Assembly: GCA_030550715.1 (NCBI GenBank)
Contig: JAUQOU010000003.1
Location: forward strand, 18,180-82,179
Source: a bacterium
GTDB lineage: Bacteria > Calescibacteriota > Calescibacteriia > Calescibacteriales > Calescibacteriaceae
Direction of reading: 5' to 3'
DNA: 64,000 nucleotides
The translations under genes and the position numbers were made by a program. Numbering within the stretch: the first letter of the stretch is position 1; each line of letters begins with the position of its first letter. This document shows positions 36,274 to 46,931 of the stretch, in pieces. The notes beneath the pieces are model-generated. The model made no database searches. It was not told the DNA's origin and was given only the letters and a program-made list of their open reading frames with translations.

Positions 36274-37929
36274 TTAATGCGTTACAGCTCCTTTTGACGC
36301 TGACTTAACAAGCTTTATATATTTTCCTAAAACACCGCGAGTGAATTTCGGCTGTGGAGGAGGAAGCTCACTTAACCTCCTTTTTATCTCATCATCAGAC
36401 AGCTCCACATCAATTCTTTCCCTATCAATATCTATCTCAATTATATCTCCATCTTTGAGAGCAGCTATTGGACCCCTATCGTATGCTTCTGGAGAAACAT
36501 GCCCTATCATAAGTCCTCGCGTTGCTCCGGAGAACCTTCCATCTGTAATCAGAGCGACAGAATCTATTAAGCCCTGACCAACAAGAGCAGCGGTGACCTG
36601 AAGCATCTCAGGCATTCCGGGAGCTCCCTTCGGACCTTCGTTCCTTATCACGACAACATCGCCGGGTTTTATTTTTTTCTGCTTCACAGCTTCAAAGCAT
36701 TCAAGTTCGCTTTCAAAAACCTTCGCAGGACCTCTGTGTTTTCTTCTTATGTGTCCGCCTGAAATTTTCATCACAGCTCCCTCAGGTGCGACATTTCCAT
36801 AAAGTATCACAATTCCCCCATCGGGTTTTAAAGGATTTGTCACAGGATAGAGAACTCCATTGTATCTGACATCAAAAGATTTGAGATTTTCTTCCACGGT
36901 CTTACCGGTGACAGTAAGAGCATCTCCGTGCAGAAGTCCTGCGTCAAGTAGTATCTTCATAACGGCAGGAACACCACCAGCTAGGTGTAGGTCATACATC
37001 ACAAATTTTCCACCGGGTTTCAGGTCGGCGATAAGGGGAGTTCTTTTGCTTATCTTTGAAAAATCATCAAGGGTAAGAGTGATTCCGAGTTCGTTAGCGA
37101 TGGCTATAAGATGTAGTACCGCATTTGTTGAGCCACCTGTTGCAGAGACGACCGCTATTGCGTTCTCGAACGCCTTACGAGTGAGAATATCTGATGGTTT
37201 TATGTTTTCTTTGACGAGCTTTACAATTGCCTCTCCAACTTTCTCGCATATTCTTTTTCTTTCTGGGTGGACTGCGGGATAGGAAGCGGAACCGGGAAGA
37301 GATATTCCGAGTGCTTCCGCTGCACAAGCCATAGTGTTTGCTGTAAATTGCCCCCCACAAGCTCCAACTGTTGGACACGCGGAACACTCTATCTCGTAAA
37401 GTTCTTCTTCTGAAATCAGCCCTGCTTGATAAGCTCCTACCGCCTCATAAACATCTTGAATTGTTATCCTCTTGCCCCTGTATTCTCCTGGCATTATGGT
37501 TCCACCGTAAAGGAATATTGATGGTATATTCACTCTTGCGATAGCCATTATGAATCCGGGAATGGTTTTATCACAACCTCCGACGGCAACAAAGCCATCG
37601 TAAAAGTGAGCATTGAGAACTGCCTCCGCAGAATCAGCAATAATCTCTCTGCTCACGAGCGAGTATCTCATTCCCTCGTGCCCCATACCTATACCATCGC
37701 TCACCGATATAGTTGCAAACTCAGCAGGAACACCTCCGGAGTTCACTATCCCTCTTTTTATATATTCAGCTTGCTCGTGGAGATTATAGTTGCATGGATG
37801 AATCTCCCCCCAAGCAGTTCCGACTGCTATAAATGGTTTCTCAAAATCATCATCTTTATATCCTATGGCTCGTAGAAAAGCTCTGTGTGGTGCCCTCTCC
37901 TCTCCCGCCTTTATTTTATCACTTCTCAT
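36274..37929 (-). CDS. ilvD: Dihydroxy-acid dehydratase
   Basis: [19 protein letters not shown] is the usual IlvD N-terminus and GGCDKTIPG is the Fe-S ligand context. The ORF is open to an ATG at 37962, 11 codons further upstream. The ATG at 37929 is preceded by GAAGG and matches family length. Confidence 0.9.
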   Translation of the reverse strand: MRSDKIKAGEERAPHRAFLRAIGYKDDDFEKPFIAVGTAWGEIHPCNYNLHEQAEYIKRGIVNSGGVPAEFATISVSDGIGMGHEGMRYSLVSREIIADSAEAVLNAHFYDGFVAVGGCDKTIPGFIMAIARVNIPSIFLYGGTIMPGEYRGKRITIQDVYEAVGAYQAGLISEEELYEIECSACPTVGACGGQFTANTMACAAEALGISLPGSASYPAVHPERKRICEKVGEAIVKLVKENIKPSDILTRKAFENAIAVVSATGGSTNAVLHLIAIANELGITLTLDDFSKISKRTPLIADLKPGGKFVMYDLHLAGGVPAVMKILLDAGLLHGDALTVTGKTVEENLKSFDVRYNGVLYPVTNPLKPDGGIVILYGNVAPEGAVMKISGGHIRRKHRGPAKVFESELECFEAVKQKKIKPGDVVVIRNEGPKGAPGMPEMLQVTAALVGQGLIDSVALITDGRFSGATRGLMIGHVSPEAYDRGPIAALKDGDIIEIDIDRERIDVELSDDEIKRRLSELPPPQPKFTRGVLGKYIKLVKSASKGAVTH

Positions 37930-38027
37930 ACCATACCTTCTTTTGATATCAAACTTTCCCATACAGTTTGATTTTATACGCAGGACAAAAATATAGTAAA
38001 ACAGCGGGAAAAGTTTGCTCTCAAAAA

Positions 38028-40799
38028 TTATTTTTTCTCGTTATATGGTCCAACGACAATTGTAAAGACCGGCTTATCTTTCGTGTATTTCATAAGAGTA
38101 TTTCTGACCTGCTCAGGAGAGATCGATTTAACCTCATCTTGAAATTTCTTGTAAAAATTGAAGCCGAGACCGAAAAATTCGCTTGTAGATATTTCATAAG
38201 CCCAATCTGAATTTGTCTGAAGAGACCTCCTTAGAGAACCGAGAAGAATATTTTTCCCACGCTCTACTTCTTCATCTGTAATAGAAGAAAGTAATAGAAG
38301 TTCTGATTTCAGACCTTCTAAAGAGGCGTCTAATTTTTCGGGAGCGGAAGCTATGTATCCTCCGAAGAATCCGGCACCCAAGAACGATTCTCTCACGGGA
38401 CCTACAGCATAAGCCAAACCTCTCTTCTCTCTCAAATTCATAAATAATCTCCCACCCATACCAGACACTGAAGCAATAGCAACACGCAGAGGAATAGAAT
38501 CTTTATCAAGAATATTAGGACCGCAGAAAACCGAAACTATATGAACCTGATTTCCCTCACGCCTCACATACTTTACTCCTTGACCATCTTTACAAACCAA
38601 ATACTCGGGAAAAGATATATCTCTCTTCTTCTGAATTAAGAAAAGTTTTTCACCGTAAAGATAGAGGGATTTTAGTATTTCTGATGAATCCTGAAAATCT
38701 CCGACAACAGCTATAACTATCTTTTCTGGGTCAGAGAACAAAAGGTCAAGAAATTCATAAAGTTCTTTTCTTTCAGCATTTTTCACCACATCTTCTTTTG
38801 CGAGTTCTCGGAAAGCATAAGGGGTTCCTTCAAAAATGGTTCTGTAAAGTTCATCAAATGTCTGAACCTGAGGGTTGTCATACCTTGTTCTTAGGTCTTC
38901 AAGTATATCTTGTTTTACCTTCTGCAATTCTTCATCAGGAAATGATGGATTTAAGAGAACATCAAAAAATATCTCAAATCCTTTATCTTTTTTGCTGGCG
39001 AGAAAACTTGAAGAAACCCTGAAAACATCAAAGGAAGCAGAAGCCGATATTGAGCCACCTATCTGTTCCACTTCATCAAGAATCATTTTGGCAGTCCTAT
39101 TTTGCGTCCCTCTTGTAAGGAGTTCTGCCACAATAAGCGGTATTCCTATTTTTTCTGGATAAAAAATCTGACCTCCCGGAAGAACAGCAGAAATAGTTAT
39201 TGTTCCTGTTCCCTGAATTTTTTTCAACAGAACTCTGACCCCGCTTTTGCTCACATATTTTTCTATTCCGTCTTTTGATTCAGATAATATGAAAGGCAAA
39301 GCTGATTCCTTTGCAAGAGCCAGCAACTTTACAGCAGATGAAACTTTTTCAGCATAACCCAACTCCTGTTCGTTAACATATATTCCAGCAAGTAATCTAT
39401 CTTCGCTTAAAATCTGTCTCGCAAGGTTTTCAACATCTTCTTTTCTTGCAGAAAGAATAATTCGCAAGAAATCATAAATAGAGTTATAATCACTCGTCAG
39501 CTGATAGAAATTACCGAATATAGATGCAATCCCTCTTACATCTTGAAATCTTTTATACACCGATGAGATGACAAGGTTTCTTATTGTTTCAAGTTCGGCA
39601 GATGAAATTCCTGCTGTTTTTATTTTATTTATCTCTTCAACGGTGATATTATATATTTTCTCAATGTTTTCTGCGTTTGCGGAAAATGATATCAAAAAGA
39701 GACCCATCTTTACGGGGCTCCAGTAATCAACTTCAACAGAGTTAGCGAGCATCTCCTTTATTCTTGTTCTCTCATATAACCTTTTTTCAAGAATTTCAGC
39801 AAGAATATCAAGATAAGCAGATGTGGTGAGAGAAAAATCATAGCCCAAAAATCCCAAAAGAAGTATTGCTTCCTTCTCTTTTCCGGAGATAACAAATGAT
39901 TCAGGTCCTCTGAAATCTGGATTCTTCGCTGATTCATCTGGAGAACTAAAACTACCTTTGCTTTTTATTTTCCCGAAAATATCTCTTATATTCTTTTCAA
40001 CACGGTCAGGGTCAAAATCACCAGCCACAATCAAAAAAACATTCTTTGGATGATAAAGGCGAGAGTGAAAATTCAAAACCTGCTCTTCGGACAAAGATTT
40101 TACTGTCTCTTCATATCCTATAACAGGATGTCCGTACGGATGATTTTTATAGATTTTTTGAAAGAAGTCATCAAATAACCTTGAACTCGGAATATCTCTT
40201 CCTCTCCTCCACTCTTCAAGTACGACTTCTTTTTCTCTTTCAAATTCTTCTTTTGAAAATTTCGGATTAAAAACAATATCTGAAAGAACTTCAAGTGGAA
40301 CATTTATGTTTTCAGATGGTATTATTGTCCAGTAGACAGTATTATCATAGGATGTCCATGCGTTTATGTATCCGCCGGCTTTTTCTATTGCATCTGCAAC
40401 TTCACTCAATCCTCTTTCTGGACTGCCTTTGAAAACAATATGCTCAAGAACATGCGCTCCTCCGAAGAAGTCAGGCGTCTCATCCGCTGCTCCGGATTTA
40501 ACCCAGAGATAAACCCCACTTACTCTGCTTCCATCTCTTTTTGGAATTAAAATAACATCAAGCCCATTTTTCAATCTGAATTTTCTTATATCAAAACGCC
40601 AGATGTGAGGAATATTTTCTTCTGATGTTGAAGATTTTTTCTGCTTTTTTTCTTCTTTTACCGCTCTTTGCGTTTTCATATCTTTTCCCTCCTTCAACTT
40701 TATCGTAATAGAATGAGAGAGCTTTTGATTTGCTAAAAAAAACAAAATAAAAAACAAAGACAAAAAAGATATTCTAATAATAATCTGACCGCTCTGCAT
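38028..40799 (-). CDS. M16 (pitrilysin/insulinase) family zinc peptidase, tandem two-unit form, secreted
   Basis: 923 aa with an N-terminal signal-like helix and the inverted zinc motif [14 protein letters not shown] (HxxEH). The second, repeat half lacks the motif, as is usual. Confidence 0.85.
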   Translation of the reverse strand: MQSGQIIIRISFLSLFFILFFLANQKLSHSITIKLKEGKDMKTQRAVKEEKKQKKSSTSEENIPHIWRFDIRKFRLKNGLDVILIPKRDGSRVSGVYLWVKSGAADETPDFFGGAHVLEHIVFKGSPERGLSEVADAIEKAGGYINAWTSYDNTVYWTIIPSENINVPLEVLSDIVFNPKFSKEEFEREKEVVLEEWRRGRDIPSSRLFDDFFQKIYKNHPYGHPVIGYEETVKSLSEEQVLNFHSRLYHPKNVFLIVAGDFDPDRVEKNIRDIFGKIKSKGSFSSPDESAKNPDFRGPESFVISGKEKEAILLLGFLGYDFSLTTSAYLDILAEILEKRLYERTRIKEMLANSVEVDYWSPVKMGLFLISFSANAENIEKIYNITVEEINKIKTAGISSAELETIRNLVISSVYKRFQDVRGIASIFGNFYQLTSDYNSIYDFLRIILSARKEDVENLARQILSEDRLLAGIYVNEQELGYAEKVSSAVKLLALAKESALPFILSESKDGIEKYVSKSGVRVLLKKIQGTGTITISAVLPGGQIFYPEKIGIPLIVAELLTRGTQNRTAKMILDEVEQIGGSISASASFDVFRVSSSFLASKKDKGFEIFFDVLLNPSFPDEELQKVKQDILEDLRTRYDNPQVQTFDELYRTIFEGTPYAFRELAKEDVVKNAERKELYEFLDLLFSDPEKIVIAVVGDFQDSSEILKSLYLYGEKLFLIQKKRDISFPEYLVCKDGQGVKYVRREGNQVHIVSVFCGPNILDKDSIPLRVAIASVSGMGGRLFMNLREKRGLAYAVGPVRESFLGAGFFGGYIASAPEKLDASLEGLKSELLLLSSITDEEVERGKNILLGSLRRSLQTNSDWAYEISTSEFFGLGFNFYKKFQDEVKSISPEQVRNTLMKYTKDKPVFTIVVGPYNEKK

Positions 40800-40897
40800 T
40801 TCGTTTAGATTAATGAAGAAACGAGAATTTTTTATAAAAATCTGTAAGTTTTTACGATAAGGTTTTGCAGAGTTTGAAAATATGTTTTCAAAAATAT

Positions 40898-41917
40898 TCA
40901 GGGCAATCCGTGAAGTCGCCTTTCATCATAAGAACGCTTTCTTTCATAACAATACCATCTATATGTCTGCACAAGACACTCCACAGGTTCATAACGTGGA
41001 TTATAACCAAGGAGCTTTTCAGCTCTTTCTATTGAGTACCAACCACCAGTAAGAGCAAAGGGTATAAGTTCAGTGGGAGTATAGACAAGGGGCAAAAATC
41101 TGCTCAACAGCAAAATAACTCGTATCATAATTCGCAAAAGAGGAAGGGGAAAAGGAATCAAAATAGAGCGGGAACCAACCTGACGAATAAATTTCCGGAG
41201 AACTTCTGATACAGGTGGAGCAGTTCGTGTGGCGATGTTGAATGACTTACCTTTAGCTTCTTGAACCTCAGCAGAAAGAACGAAAGCATCCGCAGCATCT
41301 TCTACATGAACACACGAGAAAGGCGCATTCCCATTAGCGGTAAGAATAACAGGAAGGTTCAGACGAACGAGGTCAAAAAGCAAAAGTATAGAACGCTCGT
41401 GATAAAATCCGGGTCCGAATATCATAGGCATGCGAAGTGCTACTCCTTCTATCATACCCTTTCTATCATAAGAAAAAAGCATCTGCTCACATTCCCACTT
41501 ATTCCTGCTGTAAGCTCCCGTAAATAACTTTTCGTCATCTTCATAAAGTGGATACTTCTCCTGTGCTCCGTATATTTCAGCAGTAGATGCAAAAATAAAT
41601 CTTCTTACCCCTGCTTTAATACTGGCAGAAAGAAGATTTCTCGTACCTACAACGTTTATTTCATATAAAGTTTTTTCTCCCAAAATTCCCCACTGGGGCA
41701 TTCGGGCTGCGAGGTGATGAACAACTTCCACACCAGAAACAGCGCGGGAACAAGTTTCAGGATCACGAATATCACCTACGATCTGCTCAACATCTTTGGG
41801 AAACGATGGTTCATAGAAAAGGTCTAACGTTCTAACATTTAAACCTTTGCTGAAAAGTTTGAGAGTAAGAACTCTCCCTAAAACTCCTCTTGCTCCGGTG
41901 ACAAGATGAATTGCCAT
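40898..41917 (-). CDS. NAD-dependent epimerase/dehydratase (extended SDR, 3-beta-HSD-like)
   Basis: 339 aa with the Rossmann motif VTGARGVLG and the catalytic YSRNK (YxxxK). Its start abuts the stop of the acyl-CoA dehydrogenase gene with a 0-bp gap. Confidence 0.8.
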   Translation of the reverse strand: MAIHLVTGARGVLGRVLTLKLFSKGLNVRTLDLFYEPSFPKDVEQIVGDIRDPETCSRAVSGVEVVHHLAARMPQWGILGEKTLYEINVVGTRNLLSASIKAGVRRFIFASTAEIYGAQEKYPLYEDDEKLFTGAYSRNKWECEQMLFSYDRKGMIEGVALRMPMIFGPGFYHERSILLLFDLVRLNLPVILTANGNAPFSCVHVEDAADAFVLSAEVQEAKGKSFNIATRTAPPVSEVLRKFIRQVGSRSILIPFPLPLLRIMIRVILLLSRFLPLVYTPTELIPFALTGGWYSIERAEKLLGYNPRYEPVECLVQTYRWYCYERKRSYDERRLHGLP

Positions 41918-43132
41918 TTATTCTTCTGACGGGAAGTCAAAGAGACGGCGAGCTATGATTATTCTCTGAATCTGTCCAGTTCCCTCAACTATATCAAGAG
42001 CTTTGACATCTCTATAAAGTTTTTCAACATAGTGGTCATTTTGAACTCCCGCATCTCCGAGGACATCAAGGCAAAGCGAAACCGCCTCCTGTGCGACAAA
42101 AGGACAGAACGCCTTTGCCTGTGATGCCTCAACTATATTTACAATTCCCATATCAGCTTTCCAAGCCGCTTTCCAGCAGAGAAGTTTCCCGACCTCTATG
42201 TACCTTCTTACCCTTGCCATAGCTTCCTTTATCTTATGGTATCTTGGGATAGGTCTTGAAAGCATGTAATTTTCTTTTACGAAGTTTCTTGTATAGTCAT
42301 AGGCAGCGCGAGCTATACCTATTGCCATAGCTGCTATTGTTGGACGAGTAGCGTTGAACGACTTCATAGCGGTCTTGAATCCCTCTTTTCCTTCGTAAGC
42401 TTTCTCTCCGCCAAGGAGATTTTCCTCTGGGACTTCGCAATCTTCAAGTGTGAGGGAGCAAGAGGCATAAGCAGAAAGTCCCATCTTCTTTTCTATTTTT
42501 GTGACCTTGAAACCTGGGGTTCCTTTTTCTACTATGAAAGCTCTGTGTCCCGCTCTGCCGAGTTTTGGGTCAACCGTAGCCCAAACGATTATAAAGTCAG
42601 CCCTATCCGCATTAGAACAAAACGCCTTTTCTCCGTTCAGTATCCATCTATCTCCTTTTTTAACACAACGAGTTTTTATTCTTGCGACATCTGAACCAGC
42701 ACCTGGCTCAGTCATAGCAAAAGCACCCCAGTGCGGATTTTCTCTATCTCTGAAAATAGAAAGATACTTTTCTTTCTGCTCCGGTGTCCCGATGAGCATA
42801 AGAGGAGGACCGGCAAGACCCGGACCAGGAAGAGCAACCGCTACGCCTCTATCCCAGTAAGATGTCTCTTCTCCTATTAAAACAGCTCTTCTTGCGGAAG
42901 TTCTTTCTTTCTTATCTTTTTCGTTTTTTAGGTCATCCATTTCTCTTCCCATACCTGCAACCCTTTCCTGATATCCTATTTGAGCGAGCATCTTGAAAAA
43001 AGGATGATCTGGTGGGACTGGCTCTCCCTTCGCGTCATACTCTATTCCCAAAGGACGCATGAACTTTTCTCCCAAAAACCTTATATTCCTTATGAGTTCC
43101 TTATCTTCTTGGCTCAATGTAAGGTCAATCAT
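41918..43132 (-). CDS. Acyl-CoA dehydrogenase
   Basis: 404 aa with AMTEPGAGSD, ILNGEKAFCSN and the catalytic-base context DIVEGTGQIQR. Has a strong SD (AAGGAGGTG). Confidence 0.9.
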   Translation of the reverse strand: MIDLTLSQEDKELIRNIRFLGEKFMRPLGIEYDAKGEPVPPDHPFFKMLAQIGYQERVAGMGREMDDLKNEKDKKERTSARRAVLIGEETSYWDRGVAVALPGPGLAGPPLMLIGTPEQKEKYLSIFRDRENPHWGAFAMTEPGAGSDVARIKTRCVKKGDRWILNGEKAFCSNADRADFIIVWATVDPKLGRAGHRAFIVEKGTPGFKVTKIEKKMGLSAYASCSLTLEDCEVPEENLLGGEKAYEGKEGFKTAMKSFNATRPTIAAMAIGIARAAYDYTRNFVKENYMLSRPIPRYHKIKEAMARVRRYIEVGKLLCWKAAWKADMGIVNIVEASQAKAFCPFVAQEAVSLCLDVLGDAGVQNDHYVEKLYRDVKALDIVEGTGQIQRIIIARRLFDFPSEE

Positions 43133-43165
43133 AAAAGGTTCACCTCCTTAAAAATTTAAAAGAAG

Positions 43166-44707
43166 TTAAACTTCTTTCCCTTCCTTCCTTCTTCTTTCCT
43201 CGTATATTTTTTTTGCTCTCTCTCTGAGCTCATATTTTAGAACTTTGCCTGTTGCATTTTTAGGAAGCTCATCTACAAACTCGTAGTAGCGAGGTATTTC
43301 GTTATCTGCAAGTTTATCTTTGAGAAAGTTTATAAGTTCTTGCTCAGATATTTTTCTTTTTGCAACGACGAAGGCAAAGACATCTTCTCCCAAAAGCGGA
43401 TGCGGAACTCCTACAACAGCACTTTCAACAACATCTGGATGAGACATTATCATACCTTCAACTTTTGCAGATGATATATTGAAACCACCACGTATTATTA
43501 TATCTTTCTTTCTATCAACAACATATAAATAGCCATCTTCATCCATATATCCTATATCTCCCGTTTTTACCCATCCATCTTCTGTCCATACTTTCTTTGA
43601 GCTTTCTTCATCTTTGAAGTATTTTCTCGGGTCTACTCCTGGGATACGTATCCATATTTCTCCTTTTTGCCCACGCGGAACTTCATTACCATCTTCATCA
43701 CATATTTTCACTTCTGTTGGTGGGAGAGGTATTCCGATAGAATCTGGCTTTTGAGATGCCATACCTGGGGGAAGGAAGCAGCCTGCCATCCCTGCTTCGG
43801 TAGCTCCGTAAAGGTTCATTATCCATGTAGATGGGAGTTTTTCGGCAAGTTTTTTTACAGCCCAAGGTGGCATAGGAGCGGTTCCAAACATAATCAGTTT
43901 TATGTGTTCAAGGTCAGTTCTTTCAAATTCTTCTTCTCTCATAACAGAAAGGAGGTGAAACGGTACAGCATAGACCATAACTATATCTTTTCTTTTCATA
44001 ACTTCAAGGAAATGCTTTGCGTCAAATTTTGGAAGTATTACAGCGTTGAGGGCATATCGCAAGGGTATAAGCATCATAGCATGACAGCCAGCAAATGTGA
44101 ACAAAGGAACAGCGTGCAAAAAAGTTCTTCCCGCATACATGGATTCGTAAATTGAATCATCTCTCACAAAAAGAGACCTGTGTGTAGAAATCACACCTTT
44201 TGGGAAGCCCGTTGTTCCTGATGTATATATTATATCAAGGTGATCTGAACCTTTGATCTCAACAGGCGGGGGGTTTTCATCTTTTTGAGATGCGAGCATG
44301 CTTTCTGCTTGACTTCTTGAAATGTAAAAACCAACCTTTACCTTCTCTGTGAGTTTGTGTATGTTTTCTGAAAACTCATCTCCGAAAATAATTCCTTTTG
44401 CTTCTGAGTTTTCTAATACAAATTTTATTCCTTCGGCAGGCAATCTGATATTTACGGGAACTGGCAGAGCACCACACTTTACGACCCCAAAATACGATAT
44501 TTTGAAAAACACCGCATCCTTATTTGAGAACATGATGGCAACCTTATCTCCTTTTCTCACTCCGAAATCATAGTAGAGAAGATTTGCAAGTTTTGTTGAT
44601 TTTGAATGCCATTCCGAAAATGTCATTGTCTCTACTCCGTAGACCTCAATTCTGTTCTGCGGATACCTCTTCGCTTTATCTTCAAGGAGATCTACAACAG
44701 TTTCCAT
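43166..44707 (-). CDS. AMP-dependent acyl-CoA synthetase/ligase
   Basis: 513 aa with the AMP-binding motif IIYTSGTTGFPKG, YGATE, TGDIGYMDEDGYLYVVDRKKDII and the C-terminal GKVLK. Confidence 0.85.
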   Translation of the reverse strand: METVVDLLEDKAKRYPQNRIEVYGVETMTFSEWHSKSTKLANLLYYDFGVRKGDKVAIMFSNKDAVFFKISYFGVVKCGALPVPVNIRLPAEGIKFVLENSEAKGIIFGDEFSENIHKLTEKVKVGFYISRSQAESMLASQKDENPPPVEIKGSDHLDIIYTSGTTGFPKGVISTHRSLFVRDDSIYESMYAGRTFLHAVPLFTFAGCHAMMLIPLRYALNAVILPKFDAKHFLEVMKRKDIVMVYAVPFHLLSVMREEEFERTDLEHIKLIMFGTAPMPPWAVKKLAEKLPSTWIMNLYGATEAGMAGCFLPPGMASQKPDSIGIPLPPTEVKICDEDGNEVPRGQKGEIWIRIPGVDPRKYFKDEESSKKVWTEDGWVKTGDIGYMDEDGYLYVVDRKKDIIIRGGFNISSAKVEGMIMSHPDVVESAVVGVPHPLLGEDVFAFVVAKRKISEQELINFLKDKLADNEIPRYYEFVDELPKNATGKVLKYELRERAKKIYEERRRKEGKEV

Positions 44708-44842
44708 AGATAAAAAAATAAATCACCAGAAAAAATATTTCAACAAAAACTGAAAAGTATAAATTTACACTCTTTACAAAAAAATTATAGCAAAAATTAT
44801 CAATAAGAAGAATACAGAATAAAATTAAGAAAAATAAAACTT

Positions 44843-45559
44843 ATGAGCAGAGAAAAATCAAATAAGTCAAAGAAAGAAGAACTGATACAAAAGGGTTATA
44901 TCCCTATAAGAAAGATAGCTGAACTCGCAGGAGTTGAAAAATCAACAATACACTTTTACATATCAAAAGGTCTCCTTCCAAAGCCAGTCATGGTATCAAA
45001 ACAAATGGCACTCTACCCTCCCGAAACCATAGAGAGAATAAAAATAATAAAACAACTCCAAAAAAGATTCCTCCCGCTCAAAGAAATAAAAAAAATTCTC
45101 AAAGACCACAAAAATATTGACATAAAAGACATTCTCGCAAAAATAGATGCAGAAATACTTAACGAGTTCAAAAAAGAAAAAAAAGAAGAAAAAAAGATAA
45201 ACCTGCCAAAAAATGTACTAGAAGAACTCAAAAAAATAGGAATGATAAAAGACAGAGGCGAATTTGATAATCAAATACTCACTCTCGTTCAGGAAATGAG
45301 AGAAGCCGGAATAAATGAAGAAAACGGTTTCAGTGTGAAGTTTATGAAAACCTATATAGATATCTGTAAAAAACTCACAGAAATAGAGTTCTCTGAATTC
45401 AACTCAAAAGTTATAGGAAAACTGCCACCTGAAAAAATAATTGAAATGGCAAAGATAGCAATAGAAAAAACATCAGAACTGATAAAAATCCTTCACAAAA
45501 AATTTCTTATAGAAAAACTTGAAGAGATAACAAAAGATATACAGAACCAGAAAAAATAA
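44843..45559 (+). CDS. MerR family transcriptional regulator
   Basis: 238 aa with the N-terminal HTH IPIRKIAELAGVEKSTIHFYISKGLLP plus wing and coiled coil. It is divergent from the acyl-CoA operon (135-bp spacer). Confidence 0.7.
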   Translation: MSREKSNKSKKEELIQKGYIPIRKIAELAGVEKSTIHFYISKGLLPKPVMVSKQMALYPPETIERIKIIKQLQKRFLPLKEIKKILKDHKNIDIKDILAKIDAEILNEFKKEKKEEKKINLPKNVLEELKKIGMIKDRGEFDNQILTLVQEMREAGINEENGFSVKFMKTYIDICKKLTEIEFSEFNSKVIGKLPPEKIIEMAKIAIEKTSELIKILHKKFLIEKLEEITKDIQNQKK

Positions 45560-45622
45560 GTCAGACAAATAGACAAAAAAGAAGAAAAATCAAAAAATTT
45601 AAACCTTCAACAAAAATAAATC

Positions 45623-46903
45623 TTGAATATGTTGCAAGCAATAAGAGAGATACTTGCTGGGATTTCAACCTTTTCTGCTATGGCATACATCATTTTTGTC
45701 CAACCTTCAATTCTGTCTTCTGCAAATGCGGATTTTTACACCGTATTTTTTGCAACTTGTGTCAGCTCAGCAATAGCAACGCTTCTTATGGGAATCTGGG
45801 CAAAAGTACCATTCGCAGTAGCACCAGCGATGGGACACAATATTTTTGTTTCGCTCTTTGTTGTTAGCTCACTTGGATTGAACATAAAACAAGCTCTATT
45901 TATAAACCTGCTCTCCGCCATCATATCCCTTGCTATATCTCTTTCAAACATCCTTCCCTACATAATAAGAAGCATACCAGATGAACTCAAAGGAGCCATC
46001 TCAGCAGGAATAGGATTGCTCATAGCTTTCGTGGGACTTCAGTGGGGAGGGATAGTAGTAGCAAATCCCGGAACTCTCGTCAAACTCGGAGATGTTTCAT
46101 CTTTACCTTTTTTAGCAACAGCGCTGGGATTAGCAGTTGCAGGAGGAGCATACTCTCTCGGAATAAGATGGGGAGTAATACTTGGAGTAGCAGCGGTGAC
46201 AGTATTTTTATGGCAAAAAGGGTTTATAAACTTTGAAAAAGTAATTGAGATTCCGAAGGTTCCGACAGAACTTCCTTATGTAAATTTTTTCAAACCAGAT
46301 ATAGGAGTGCTTATAAAGGCGCTTTTTATTTTGCTCTTTCTTGATGTTTTTGACACTGCGGGAACGCTCGTTGGACTTTTCAAAGTGAGCGGAATAGAAC
46401 CAGATAAAAAAACTGTAAGACGGTGCTTTACTGTTGACTCGCTCGGCGCAGTTATCGGAACTCTGCTCGGAACAACAACACTCACAACCTATGTTGAATC
46501 AGCAGTAGGAATACAGGCAGGAGGAAGAACAAAAATCACTTCAATAGTAGTAGCAGTCCTATTTATCGCTTCTCTTTTTTTCTCACCCATCATAAAAGCA
46601 ATCGCAGGAGGAATAGAGTTCAACGGTTCAACATTTCACCCTCAAATAGCTGTTCCGATGATATTCGTTGGTATATTTATGATGAGCACACTCAAAATAA
46701 ACATAGAAGACATCACATCTGCGATCCCTTCTTTTATAACAATCCTCATTATGGCTTACTCCCTCAGCATATCAGACGGCATAGCTTTCGGATTCATATC
46801 GTGGACTTTTTTAAAGCTTGTTTCAGGAAAATGGAACGACCTCAACCCTGCGGTAGTGATTCTCTCGCTTATATTTGTTGCAAAGTTTATATTTCTGGGA
46901 TAA
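45623..46903 (+). CDS. NCS2 family nucleobase permease (AzgA/PurP-like adenine/guanine/hypoxanthine)
   Basis: 426 aa, polytopic. The N-terminus EILAGISTFSAMAYIIFVQPSILS is typical of the AzgA subfamily. The start is TTG at 45623 or ATG at 45629. Confidence 0.8.
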   Translation: MNMLQAIREILAGISTFSAMAYIIFVQPSILSSANADFYTVFFATCVSSAIATLLMGIWAKVPFAVAPAMGHNIFVSLFVVSSLGLNIKQALFINLLSAIISLAISLSNILPYIIRSIPDELKGAISAGIGLLIAFVGLQWGGIVVANPGTLVKLGDVSSLPFLATALGLAVAGGAYSLGIRWGVILGVAAVTVFLWQKGFINFEKVIEIPKVPTELPYVNFFKPDIGVLIKALFILLFLDVFDTAGTLVGLFKVSGIEPDKKTVRRCFTVDSLGAVIGTLLGTTTLTTYVESAVGIQAGGRTKITSIVVAVLFIASLFFSPIIKAIAGGIEFNGSTFHPQIAVPMIFVGIFMMSTLKINIEDITSAIPSFITILIMAYSLSISDGIAFGFISWTFLKLVSGKWNDLNPAVVILSLIFVAKFIFLG

Positions 46904-46931
46904 TAATCCGCAAAGCAAATTAAATTCTCAA

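Noticed and set aside
40873-40892. The inverted repeat TTTGAAAA-TATG-TTTTCAAA just downstream of the epimerase stop and upstream of the M16 peptidase gene.
   Set aside because: The arms are almost entirely A/T with no following U-tract, so it is a poor intrinsic terminator. Such short AT palindromes are expected by chance in this composition. An operator role cannot be supported from sequence alone.
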